Of a DNA stretch of 64,000 nucleotides, positions 47,650 through 56,450 are shown piece by piece (within the stretch, counting starts at the first letter, position 1; each line of letters starts with the position of its first letter). The notes beneath the pieces are model-generated. The model did no database searches. It was not told where the DNA came from and worked only from the letters and a program-made list of their open reading frames with translations. Source of the stretch: a virus. Both the position numbers and the translations under genes were made by a program. The stretch is taken from the IMG/VR virus record IMGVR_UViG_3300029791_000191. One strand, written 5' to 3'.

Positions 47650-47868
47650 ATGAAGGATAATATATATTTAGTTATAAGAGAAAAAGATAATGTAGTTGTG
47701 TCTATTATGATGAATAAATTAGACCATACATATTCTTTCGTAAATCTTACAAAAGGACACATTTGCACTTGTAAATTTGATTCAATTGAAGATGCTATAA
47801 AGGATATGGAAGAGAAGAAAGACAATGGTGAGATTATAGATTTTATAAATATGGAGGCAAGGATTTAA
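47650..47868 (+). CDS. hypothetical small protein (72 aa)
   Basis: ORF only. Confidence 0.3.
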   Translation: MKDNIYLVIREKDNVVVSIMMNKLDHTYSFVNLTKGHICTCKFDSIEDAIKDMEEKKDNGEIIDFINMEARI

Positions 47869-48125
47869 TGGATTGGAGAAATAGAAAGTATTATCAAGTG
47901 AATCCAGTATATTCATATCACGACTGTATCAAAAGACTAAAAAAGATTAATTCAGTAAAAATTAGTCCTCCATTTAGAGTATCAGGAGGTATATTATTTC
48001 CTAAATTTACGCTTGGATTTAATACAGACAAAGAAACATTGGTCTTAGAAATTTTGCAATCAAGTAAATATAAAGATTGCAATCCAATATATAAAGAAAT
48101 TACTAAGGAAATGAGAGGACAGTGA
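47868..48125 (+). CDS. hypothetical small protein (85 aa)
   Basis: ORF only. Confidence 0.3.
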   Translation: MDWRNRKYYQVNPVYSYHDCIKRLKKINSVKISPPFRVSGGILFPKFTLGFNTDKETLVLEILQSSKYKDCNPIYKEITKEMRGQ

Positions 48126-48129
48126 TTTA

Positions 48130-48336
48130 ATGAATTGTCTCAATTGTGATTATTATAGAGAAAGCTATTTATTTAACTGTTGTGAGTTAACGCAAGAGGA
48201 ATGCTTCTTTATAAAAACAAAAGAGCATCCATGTTACTATATTAATGATGATTATATTTTTAAAGAAGATGTTCCGTTCTTTGGATTTAAGAAAGGAACT
48301 GATTCTAAAGAGGTTTTTAAATGGCAAAATATCTAA
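48130..48336 (+). CDS. hypothetical small Cys-rich protein (68 aa)
   Basis: CLNCDYY..C motifs. Confidence 0.3.
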   Translation: MNCLNCDYYRESYLFNCCELTQEECFFIKTKEHPCYYINDDYIFKEDVPFFGFKKGTDSKEVFKWQNI

Positions 48337-49013
48337 TGAAATATAAAGGTACTTACAGACTAAAAGCTGCAATAGATCAAAGTACCAATGATTATCCCAG
48401 AGATGATTCTGGAGGAATAGATCCAAGTTTTGATGATATTTATATTAAATGTTATGGCGGTGCTCAGATATATCATTATGGTTTTTCTACTCTTGTAGCT
48501 TATATCCCATCTATAGGAAGAGGACACAATATTTTAAAAGCTATAGCTAATGATATTGGCTTACCGGAATATAAGACTTATGAAGAATTATACAAAGCAC
48601 TTGAGGATGAAGGAACTGTACGAAGCATCATGGAAAATGATAAAGAAATAGAATTTAAGTTCCATGCTCGTAAGTTAGAATACATAGCATCTTTTCTTAA
48701 GCCTGCAACTGCGGGATCAGATATTAGTCCTTTCTCGACTAAGAACTTACCCAAATGTGATTACCCTATTCCTGAGGAAGATTTGGCAAAATACAATGCT
48801 ATTTTGGATTCTATGGACAACAAGGATTACTTGTTAATCTCTAGGGTAACTGACGCTTTTTTGACCAATAAACTTCAAAAAAGTAAGCAGTATAGGACAA
48901 TTGATTTGAAAAAAGATATGAAGAAAAAATGTTTAAAAACTAAAGAATATATCCATTCATTAGGTGAATGGGACAAATATATTGAATATTTAAAAAAGGA
49001 GATTTGTAAATGA
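48321..49013 (+). CDS. hypothetical protein (230 aa)
   Basis: ORF only. Confidence 0.4.
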   Translation: MAKYLMKYKGTYRLKAAIDQSTNDYPRDDSGGIDPSFDDIYIKCYGGAQIYHYGFSTLVAYIPSIGRGHNILKAIANDIGLPEYKTYEELYKALEDEGTVRSIMENDKEIEFKFHARKLEYIASFLKPATAGSDISPFSTKNLPKCDYPIPEEDLAKYNAILDSMDNKDYLLISRVTDAFLTNKLQKSKQYRTIDLKKDMKKKCLKTKEYIHSLGEWDKYIEYLKKEICK

Positions 49014-49525
49014 AAAGAGTAGCTAAATTTGAAAAAGTATCTTATGAACAGTTTGAAGCAGCATGGAAAGATTCATTTGGTAAACCGTCAATGATTACTG
49101 ATAAAGCAATTAAAGATGCGTATTATCCTATTGAACTTCCTCAGAGAGCGACTAAAGGCAGCGCTGGTTATGATTTCTATTCTCCATTGTCATTTGTGTT
49201 AGAACCTGGAGAGACAATTAAGATTCCAACTGGTGTCCGTTGCGGAATGAATGATGACTGGGTTCTGATGTTATTTCCGAGAAGTGGCCTTGGATTTAAG
49301 TATAGACTAAGATTAGAAAATACAGTTGGTATCATTGACAGTGATTATTTCTATTCAGATAACGAAGGACATATTATGGTTAAAATTACCAATGAAGGGG
49401 TTAAAACTATGAAAGTAGCTAAAGGTGATGGCTTCTGTCAGGGGATTTTCTTACCTTATGGAATTACAGAAGATGATAAAACTGAGGGTACTCGTAATGG
49501 TGGATTTGGAAGTACAGATAAATAA
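49010..49525 (+). CDS. dut: dUTP diphosphatase (dUTPase)
   Basis: Motifs GSAGYDF, PRSGLG, VGIIDSDY, conserved C-terminal arm. Confidence 0.75.
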   Translation: MKRVAKFEKVSYEQFEAAWKDSFGKPSMITDKAIKDAYYPIELPQRATKGSAGYDFYSPLSFVLEPGETIKIPTGVRCGMNDDWVLMLFPRSGLGFKYRLRLENTVGIIDSDYFYSDNEGHIMVKITNEGVKTMKVAKGDGFCQGIFLPYGITEDDKTEGTRNGGFGSTDK

Positions 49526-49530
49526 AAAAT

Positions 49531-49554
49531 AGAGGCACTGAATAGAGTGCCTCT
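49531..49554. terminator. hairpin AGAGGCACT-GAATAG-AGTGCCTCT flanked by A-runs; possible bidirectional terminator
   Basis: 9-bp perfect stem immediately after the dut stop. Confidence 0.4.
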
Positions 49555-49646
49555 AAAGAAAAATGTGTGTTGGTTGTGTACAAGTGAAGTGTATAGAACA
49601 ACCATCTACACTATATCATACTATTTAACAAAAAGAAAGGATAAAG

Positions 49647-49874
49647 ATGAAAATTCGACTAAATGATTCGACAGATGCTACAGAAATTGTCAGTATTGCC
49701 AATAGATTTAAAAATTGTGATATTGATGCACAGTTCGGAAGATATGTTATTGATTTAAAGTCTATTCTGGGAGTCTTATCTTTTGGATTACCAAAAGATA
49801 TTGACATAAATATTATGGGTCCAGAAATAGATATAGAAATTTTTAATAAAGCTATTAAAAAGTGGAGGGTTTAA
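49647..49874 (+). CDS. hypothetical small protein (75 aa)
   Basis: RBS AAAGGA upstream. Confidence 0.35.
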   Translation: MKIRLNDSTDATEIVSIANRFKNCDIDAQFGRYVIDLKSILGVLSFGLPKDIDINIMGPEIDIEIFNKAIKKWRV

Positions 49875-50554
49875 CTATGAAATTTGAAAGAACACATGTA
49901 TATAACTTTGAAGAAGCACTTTATGGAATGAGACTGCCGTTAATGTCTCATAGTAAGAGTGATAGTACTAATTGTATTGATAAAGAATGCGATCATTGTC
50001 CTTTTGTATACGAAGATTATAACTGTGATATGATGGATTATATTATTGGCCCAAACGATATGGATTTATGTCAGAGACTTATCAGTGCCGGACCAGAGCA
50101 TAGAAAATTTTTAAGACAGATTTCTGTAGCTGTTACTATTACAGCACCGCTTTATTGGTGGAAAGAGTACGATACATACAAAGTAGGAACAGTAGCTAAT
50201 AGTTCCAGTACAATGCACAAACTTGCTAGTACATCTATTACTTTGGAATGTTTTGAAACAGACGATTTCGATTCAGAGATTGAAGACCCAACAACTATTA
50301 TTAATCAGTGTGAGCATTATAGACAGAAATATCTTGAGACTAAAGACAAACGCTATTGGAAAGCTTTAGTACGTTGGTTGCCTAATGGATGGCTTCAGAC
50401 AAGAACTCTCAGTTTGAATTATGAGAATCTTCGTTCTATGTATTTTCAGAGGAAGTCTCATAAATTAACTGAATGGCATCAGTTTTGTGACTGGATTTTA
50501 ACTCTTCCTTATGCTAAGGAGTTAATTACTTATACAAAGGAGACTAAAGAATGA
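49862..50554 (+). CDS. hypothetical protein, possibly divergent ThyX-like
   Basis: Region FLRQISVAVTIT..SSSTMHKLAS loosely resembles the ThyX core but lacks the RHR motif. Confidence 0.3.
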   Translation: MEGLTMKFERTHVYNFEEALYGMRLPLMSHSKSDSTNCIDKECDHCPFVYEDYNCDMMDYIIGPNDMDLCQRLISAGPEHRKFLRQISVAVTITAPLYWWKEYDTYKVGTVANSSSTMHKLASTSITLECFETDDFDSEIEDPTTIINQCEHYRQKYLETKDKRYWKALVRWLPNGWLQTRTLSLNYENLRSMYFQRKSHKLTEWHQFCDWILTLPYAKELITYTKETKE

Positions 50555-51084
50555 TAGTACTTGTAGGAGAATCAGCATCAGGTAAAAGTTCTATTGAAAG
50601 AGAGCTTATTGCTTTAGGTTTTAATAAAATAGTTACATATACTACTAGACCTATGAGAAAAGAAGATGTAGATGGAGAAACATATCATTTTATTACAGAA
50701 GAGCAATTTAATGATATGATAGAAAAAGATCTTTTTGCTGAACATGCTTCTTACAATGGTTGGCAATATGGAACAGCCAAAGAAGACTGTACAGATGATA
50801 AAGTAGTTGTCTTGACTCCTCATGGGCTCAGACAATTAAGGAAGAACAAAGATTTGCATATTATATCTTTCTATATTGATGTTCCTCGAAGGGATAGATT
50901 AATTAAAATTCTGGAACGTGGTGATGATATAGAAGAGTCTTATAGAAGGAATTTATCTGATGTGGGTCAATTTGATGGTATTAAGGATGAAGTAGATTAT
51001 GTAATTTCAAATAAAGGCTATTCATGGAGTCCTTTAAATATGGCTCATATAATCAAAAGGAGTATGGAATGGATGAAATGTTAA
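50551..51084 (+). CDS. guanylate-kinase-fold (d)NMP kinase
   Basis: P-loop GESASGKSS, TTRPMRKEDVDGETYHF (Gmk-like TTR..R..E..G..Y.F). Confidence 0.6.
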   Translation: MIVLVGESASGKSSIERELIALGFNKIVTYTTRPMRKEDVDGETYHFITEEQFNDMIEKDLFAEHASYNGWQYGTAKEDCTDDKVVVLTPHGLRQLRKNKDLHIISFYIDVPRRDRLIKILERGDDIEESYRRNLSDVGQFDGIKDEVDYVISNKGYSWSPLNMAHIIKRSMEWMKC

Positions 51085-51254
51085 CTCCAACAGATATACA
51101 AAAACATCTAAAAATAGGACGTAACAAAACATATCAGCTTATTCAATTAAGTTCTTTTCCTAAAATAAAAATAGGAAATACATATAGAATTCCTAAAGAA
51201 AAGTATCTTAAATGGATATCTGATAATATACGTAAAACAATATTTTTATATTAA
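51069..51254 (+). CDS. xis: excisionase / helix-turn-helix DNA-binding protein
   Basis: LTPTDIQKHLKIGRNKTYQLI...KIGNTYRIPKEKYLKWI Xis-family HTH; adjacent to int; start may be 51024. Confidence 0.55.
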   Translation: MDEMLTPTDIQKHLKIGRNKTYQLIQLSSFPKIKIGNTYRIPKEKYLKWISDNIRKTIFLY

Positions 51255-51298
51255 AAAATGGGAGCTATATCGAAATGATATAACTCCCTTATTTTTAA
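51253..51298. terminator. bidirectional intrinsic terminator between xis (+) and int (-)
   Basis: Hairpin GGGAGCTATATC-GAAAT-GATATAACTCCC flanked by AAAAAA and TTATTTTT. Confidence 0.6.
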
Positions 51299-52557
51299 TC
51301 AAGTAAATTTATGACTTCTGATTTATGTTTATTCATGATATGCATATATATGTTATAAGTTGTGGAAACATCTTCATGTCCAAGTATCTCTGATATTACT
51401 TTGATATCTACAGGTTGGTTCTGTTCCCATCCTTTCTGCAGCAGCATAGATCCGAACGAATGCCTAAGATCATGCAGGCCGAAGCCATTAGATTCGATGC
51501 CAGCTCTCTTGAGGATCGCTTTAAGCGTCCTGGTAAGAGTTGACTGTGATGGTGGAATATTATTTTCAGTTACGAATATGTGATCATCTCCGGATGCTTT
51601 TAAGCCAGGAGAGACAGTTTTAAGCCAGAGCAGCTGTTCCTTTGCACGATTTGCCAGAGGAATGACTCTGATTGACTTAGGACGCTTTGGTGTATCTATG
51701 AGCCACTGATATTTGCCATCTACTTTGATACGCTCCATTGTCTTATCTATGTTAATGGTATTATTCTTAAAATCTATATCTTTCCATGTGAGAGCATAAG
51801 CTTCTCCTATACGCATGCCAGTATAAAGAACTAACAGACAGAACCTGGCATTACGTCCATAGATGTAATCACCTGTCCTTACGCCTGGCAAAGCAGAATC
51901 TGCTTTCATAAGAGCCGTATTATAAAACTTCTCAGCTTCTTCTAAAGATAAGAAAGAGTGTTCTTTCTTCTGTACTGCATATTTTGACTTATGCGGCATC
52001 TTAATCCCTTTTGCAGGATTCTCTGTGATGATGTTACAGGATACAAGATAGTCGAAAACAATATTGAAAAGAGTGCGTGTCTTTTTAACAGTACTCTCAG
52101 AATATTTCTTCGACATATTTGTATAGTATGTTTGAATGACAATCTTGTCTATAGCAGCCATCTGGACATCAGCAATCGGATTAGTTTTAATATAGCAGCG
52201 ATTTGTAGACTGAAGAGTAGCATAGTTATTTGTCTTGAAAGTCGGCTCCAACGTCTGCAGGATATTATCTATACATTCCCCAAGAGTCATCTTACGATAA
52301 TCTTTTTGGTTAACCCTCATACTCTTAGCTTCAAATTCTTGTATCTTGCGTTTTACATCAGCTTTTGTCCTTCCTACAAATTCTTTCCGGCTTGTCATAC
52401 CATCATATTTCTTACGGTACCTATAGTATGTAATGTCATTCTTTGTTACAGTATCCCATGATCCTGAACCTTTTTCCCTTCTTGCCATATACATCCCTCC
52501 GTTGTGCAAATTTACACTAATTTTACTTACAAAATAAAAAACTTTACTTTTTCCCAA
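51295..52557 (-). CDS. int: tyrosine-type site-specific integrase
   Basis: C-terminal catalytic region HDLRHSFGSMLLQKG...Y, N-terminal SAM-like domain; 420 aa. Confidence 0.85.
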   Translation of the reverse strand: MGKSKVFYFVSKISVNLHNGGMYMARREKGSGSWDTVTKNDITYYRYRKKYDGMTSRKEFVGRTKADVKRKIQEFEAKSMRVNQKDYRKMTLGECIDNILQTLEPTFKTNNYATLQSTNRCYIKTNPIADVQMAAIDKIVIQTYYTNMSKKYSESTVKKTRTLFNIVFDYLVSCNIITENPAKGIKMPHKSKYAVQKKEHSFLSLEEAEKFYNTALMKADSALPGVRTGDYIYGRNARFCLLVLYTGMRIGEAYALTWKDIDFKNNTINIDKTMERIKVDGKYQWLIDTPKRPKSIRVIPLANRAKEQLLWLKTVSPGLKASGDDHIFVTENNIPPSQSTLTRTLKAILKRAGIESNGFGLHDLRHSFGSMLLQKGWEQNQPVDIKVISEILGHEDVSTTYNIYMHIMNKHKSEVINLLD

Positions 52558-52622
52558 AATTATGATAATATGAATTATGTGTTAAGTAAATTATAGCATA
52601 CGGATAAGGATGAAGCAATAAT

Positions 52623-52678
52623 TATTTCCCCCTTATCAATGCGGGAAATGAAATATTCCCCCTTATTTCCCCCTTATG
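52623..52678. repeat. three direct TTCCCCCTTAT repeats plus inverted ATTTCCC/GGGAAAT; putative integrase arm-type binding sites
   Basis: Direct repeats at 52625, 52655, 52667, between int and the host junction. Confidence 0.45.
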
Positions 52679-52830
52679 AATTAAATTTAATAGGGTGAAA
52701 AGGGTATAAACTAACACGACTAGGTATCAAGTTTGATAACTGAATATCTCTTATAAAGTGGCTTTAAAGCCAGTAAAATCAATGCTTTTCAGTATTTACA
52801 AAGGTTTCAAAAGATTGATTTTCAAGATAC

Positions 52831-52902
52831 GCGCCTGTAGCTCAGTGGATAGAGCAGTGGTTTCCGGTACCATGTGCGGGGGTTCGATTCCCTTCAGGCG
52901 TG
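52831..52902 (+). tRNA. tRNA-Arg (anticodon CCG)
   Basis: Acceptor GCGCCTG/CAGGCGT (G1-U72), D arm GCTC-AGTGGATA-GAGC, anticodon stem GTGGT/ACCAT with loop TTCCGGT, T arm with TTCGATT loop. Confidence 0.65.
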
Positions 52903-53025
52903 CTGCCTGGGACGTATGTACAGTTCCGGTGCGTTGTATCACAGGAGTTATCAGAATCGGGAACTGTCAGAAATCGTATGCGGCAGTGAACGGAGCAAAC
53001 GGTAACTCATAAGGAGGACAAGAAC

Positions 53026-53931
53026 TTGGATGATTTTAGAGAATGGTTATCAGATAATCTCCGGTATTTTATGCTGGGTGGAGCTATTCTGATAATTGTG
53101 GTTGTCCTGTTTTGCGGCATTCGAGCCTGTTCCGGAAGTAATAAGGGGAATTCCGGAGATGAACAGAAAACCACATCCGAAGACCAGGGAAATGTTCCTT
53201 CTTCTCCGATAAGTGAAGGGGAGTCTGACGAGAAGAAAGAAGACGCCAATCCCATGGAAACAGCAGATGCAGATGTTACTGCATTGATCACGAGCTATTA
53301 TCAGGCTCTGGGGGAAAAAGATATTGCAACGCTGAAGACTCTGGAAGATGATTTTACACCGTCTGACGAGTCAAAAGTCACAAATTTGAAAGATTATATC
53401 GAAGGGTATGAAGTAGGCGATGTGTACACGAAGAAAGGTATGACAGATGATTCTTACGTGGTTTACGCCTGTTTCTCGTATATCTGTCAGGGCGTTGAGA
53501 CCAAGGCCCCTGCACTGACTCAGTTCTATGTATATAAGAACAGCGAAGGGAACTGGGTGATCAATAACGGAGCTTTACAGGATTCTGAGATTTCCGCATA
53601 TATGGAAAAACAGTTATCAGACAGTGATGTTTCAGCTCTTATAAAGAAGGTGCAGAATGAACTGGATCAGGCACAGCAATCTGATCCGTCTCTTGAAGAA
53701 TTCCTGAATGGTCTTGGGGAGGAAGCAGGTGTGTCAACAGAGGCAGAAGATGGCACGATGCTTACTGCTTCGGAGGAATGTAATGTACGCGCAGAAGCCA
53801 GCACAGATGCTGATATCCTTGGCGTGATCTCAGCAGGTGATCAGGTTCAGAAGACAGGTACTGATGGTGAATGGGTTCAGATCGACTACGACGGTCAGAC
53901 CGGATACATCAGAGGAGATTTACTTGAATAA
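53026..53931 (+). CDS. membrane-anchored protein with acidic linker and C-terminal bacterial SH3 domain
   Basis: N-terminal TM helix, low-complexity acidic region, C-terminal SH3b-like CNVRAEASTDADILGVISAGDQV...GEWVQIDYDGQTGYI. Confidence 0.55.
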   Translation: MDDFREWLSDNLRYFMLGGAILIIVVVLFCGIRACSGSNKGNSGDEQKTTSEDQGNVPSSPISEGESDEKKEDANPMETADADVTALITSYYQALGEKDIATLKTLEDDFTPSDESKVTNLKDYIEGYEVGDVYTKKGMTDDSYVVYACFSYICQGVETKAPALTQFYVYKNSEGNWVINNGALQDSEISAYMEKQLSDSDVSALIKKVQNELDQAQQSDPSLEEFLNGLGEEAGVSTEAEDGTMLTASEECNVRAEASTDADILGVISAGDQVQKTGTDGEWVQIDYDGQTGYIRGDLLE

Positions 53932-53940
53932 AATTGAATA

Positions 53941-54000
53941 TGGAACGTAAAAAATACAGGCGGTTATCCTTGTGGTAACTGCCTGTATTTTTTACGTTCC
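53941..54000. terminator. bidirectional terminator: 20-bp perfect inverted repeat GGAACGTAAAAAATACAGGC...GCCTGTATTTTTTACGTTCC
   Basis: Between convergent genes; A/T tracts inside the stem arms. Confidence 0.65.
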
Positions 54001-54056
54001 GTTTTTCTGACATTGTTCTTGTCAGCTTCTGCCGGAGATTTTGCTGTTCTTATTAC

Positions 54057-54097
54057 TTTTCGCAACTTCCGCAAGGGACTTACTTGATTCGATTAAA
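54057..54097. repeat. about 42-nt sequence duplicated at 61128-61169 (copy 1, overlaps the deacetylase stop codon)
   Basis: TTTTCGCAACTTCCGCAAGGGACTTACTTGATTCGATTAAA versus TTTTCGCAACTTCTGCAGGGGGACTTACTTGATTCGGTTAAAA. Confidence 0.5.
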
Positions 54098-55324
54098 TTC
54101 ACCGTATGTAACTCCTGTCGATAATTTTGTCTGATGCAGGGAAGCCAGTTCGTGCACTGTTACAAGCTGATAGCCTTCTTCGATAAGCTGCGGAATCAGG
54201 ATCTCGGCTGCATCTACAGAGGTGCTGAAGATATCGTGCATCAGAATAATGGAACCATCTTTTACATTATTCATGACTTCCTCAACCGTAGATTCCACAT
54301 CCTGCGTTTTCCAGTCCAGAGTGTCAATGGACCACAGAATCATCGGGGTTCCCACAGTTGATTTTACCGTATCATTAACAGATCCATATGGCGGGCGGAC
54401 CACCGAAGCTCCCTCACCTGTAAGATTTACAAGCTGTTCATCCACTCTTGCAATTTCTGAACTGATCTCATCCGAAGAAAGAGTCGCCAGATCCTTATGG
54501 TCATAAGTGTGGTTTCCAAGTTCACAGCCCAGTTTTTTCATGCGTTTTACTTCGTCCGGAAAACTGGCAATCTCAGTACCCACCATAAAGAAAGTTGCCT
54601 TTGCATTATTTTCTTCCAGACAGTCCAGAAGACGGTCTGTAAAAGAACTGGGACCATCATCAAAAGTAAGGGCGACCGACTTCTTTGCCGTAGATGTACC
54701 GGACTTGTCAGAGGTGTCTGACTTACCTGAAGATTTCTTCTTCGAGGATTTTTTCTTTGGTGTATAATCTTTCAGAGAACCATCTGTATCCAGTTCATAA
54801 GTTTTCTTATCTATTATCACAGTCCCTGTCTGCAGAATGCCATCCATATCAAAATAATACCGCTTCTTTCCGATATCTGTCCAGCCTGTCTGCATAATAC
54901 CGGTCTCATCCATATAGTACTGTTTCCCGTCTGTATCTGTGAACCATCCTGTGTATGGCTTATCATCTACCAGAAACATCCAGTTACTTCCACTGGAAGC
55001 CCAGCTGCCCTCTGATGCCTCAGGCGAGATATCAGTGCTTAATGCAGGACCGCCCGGAGAAGCTTCAGATGAATCTGAAGAAGTGCGTCCAAACAGTTTC
55101 CCGGAAGAAGAATCCGTAAAATTATCATTGCTATCAGTCAATGTTTCCTCAGAAGTAAACTCCGCAGAATCCTGATCTTCTGACACGAAAGCTCCGGTAT
55201 CGCTGATGGCATCTGCCTGTGAAGTCACAGCGGAAGAACGGGTGAAAATTCCTCCAAGTATCAGACACAGAATAACAGAAAGTGCGATCAGCCACCGGTT
55301 TGTACGTGGTAAATGATCTGACAT
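54080..55324 (-). CDS. polysaccharide (peptidoglycan GlcNAc) deacetylase, NodB family, with N-terminal TM and cell-wall-binding repeats
   Basis: NodB motifs LTFDDGP, HTYDH; repeats YYMDETGIMQTGW / RYYFDMDGILQTG. Confidence 0.75.
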   Translation of the reverse strand: MSDHLPRTNRWLIALSVILCLILGGIFTRSSAVTSQADAISDTGAFVSEDQDSAEFTSEETLTDSNDNFTDSSSGKLFGRTSSDSSEASPGGPALSTDISPEASEGSWASSGSNWMFLVDDKPYTGWFTDTDGKQYYMDETGIMQTGWTDIGKKRYYFDMDGILQTGTVIIDKKTYELDTDGSLKDYTPKKKSSKKKSSGKSDTSDKSGTSTAKKSVALTFDDGPSSFTDRLLDCLEENNAKATFFMVGTEIASFPDEVKRMKKLGCELGNHTYDHKDLATLSSDEISSEIARVDEQLVNLTGEGASVVRPPYGSVNDTVKSTVGTPMILWSIDTLDWKTQDVESTVEEVMNNVKDGSIILMHDIFSTSVDAAEILIPQLIEEGYQLVTVHELASLHQTKLSTGVTYGEFNRIK

Positions 55325-55505
55325 GAAAGCCTCCTTTTTGATAAAATCAGTGACAAAAAAGATATCCTGTCATTCGATATCATACAATAAAATCTGACAA
55401 AATACAAGGCGATTCCCCATTCCTGCCCTTTTGAAAAAAATTCCAGAAAAATTCCATCAAAATTTCACCGTTGATAAGATGTACAAAAAATTATATAATA
55501 GAACA

Positions 55506-56450
55506 ATGGACGAAAAAATCAGAATAAACAAATATTTAAGCGAGGCAGGCATATGCTCCAGACGGGAAGCCGACCGGATGATCGAAGAGGGAAGGATTAC
55601 GGTAAACGGAAAAAAAGCAGAAAGCGGTCAGAAAGTCAGCCTGGAAGATGAGGTCTGTGCAGACAATATACCTGTCCATAAAAATGAAAAAAAAGTACTG
55701 CTTCTTTTTAACAAACCCAGAGGGATCGTGTGCAGTACAAAGCAGCAGTTTGATGAGACGACGGTAACAGATTATCTGGATTATCCTCTGCGTGTTTATC
55801 CTGTGGGCAGACTGGATAAAGAATCACAGGGCCTTCTCCTTCTGACAAATGAAGGAGATCTGGTCAATAAGATCATGCGCGCCGGAAACTATCATGAGAA
55901 AGAATATTTTGTGACAGTGAATAAGCCGGTGGACAGGGAATTTGTCCGAAGGATGAGCAAGGGAGTCCCTGTTCTTGATACAGTGACCAGACCATGCAGA
56001 GTGGTGCAGACAGGAGAATGCAGCTTTCGGATCATTCTGACACAGGGACTGAACCGGCAGATCCGCAGAATGTGCCGGTATCTGGGATATGAGGTACAGA
56101 AGCTGAAAAGGATCAGGATCATGAATCTGACTCTGGACGGGATCAGAGAAGGCGAATACAGAGAGATCACAGCACAGGAGTGGGAAGAACTGAACCATTT
56201 ACTGGAATCTTCCACAAGTGAAACAGTGATCAGAACAGGAGAACAGAATGGAAACAGCAGCGATCATGCGAATGAAAGAGCTGGTGCAAAAGCTGGACAG
56301 GGCGGCAAAGGCGTATTACCAGCAGGATACAGAGATCATAAGCAACAGAGAGTACGATCAGATGTACGACGAGCTTCAGGCTCTGGAGAAAGAGACAGGC
56401 ACTGTTCTGGCAAACAGCCCAACCATAAGCGTAGGGTACGAGGCAGTTGA
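55506..56450 (+). CDS. RsuA/RluB-family pseudouridine synthase with S4 domain; annotated end overlaps ligA
   Basis: S4 (RINKYLSEAGICSRREADRMI), catalytic VYPVGRLDKESQGLLLLT. ORF runs to 56450, about 200 nt into ligA in another frame; basic tail may be a genuine R/K-rich extension or an artefact. Confidence 0.6.
   Translation: MDEKIRINKYLSEAGICSRREADRMIEEGRITVNGKKAESGQKVSLEDEVCADNIPVHKNEKKVLLLFNKPRGIVCSTKQQFDETTVTDYLDYPLRVYPVGRLDKESQGLLLLTNEGDLVNKIMRAGNYHEKEYFVTVNKPVDREFVRRMSKGVPVLDTVTRPCRVVQTGECSFRIILTQGLNRQIRRMCRYLGYEVQKLKRIRIMNLTLDGIREGEYREITAQEWEELNHLLESSTSETVIRTGEQNGNSSDHANERAGAKAGQGGKGVLPAGYRDHKQQRVRSDVRRASGSGERDRHCSGKQPNHKRRVRGS

Larger units (their letters stand above)
1..52830. mobile_element. 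Partial prophage (replication, nucleotide-metabolism, auxiliary and integration modules); left end outside the window
   Basis: AT-rich composition, dense co-directional + strand genes, phage replication genes, HNH homing endonuclease, xis-int pair at the right end, arm-type repeats and a tRNA at the composition shift near 52.9 kb. Confidence 0.85.

Noticed and set aside
54134-55175. Cluster of short + strand ORFs (54134-55175) opposite the deacetylase gene
   Set aside because: GC-rich antisense frames of the 54080-55324 minus-strand gene, whose NodB and cell-wall-binding motifs are clear.
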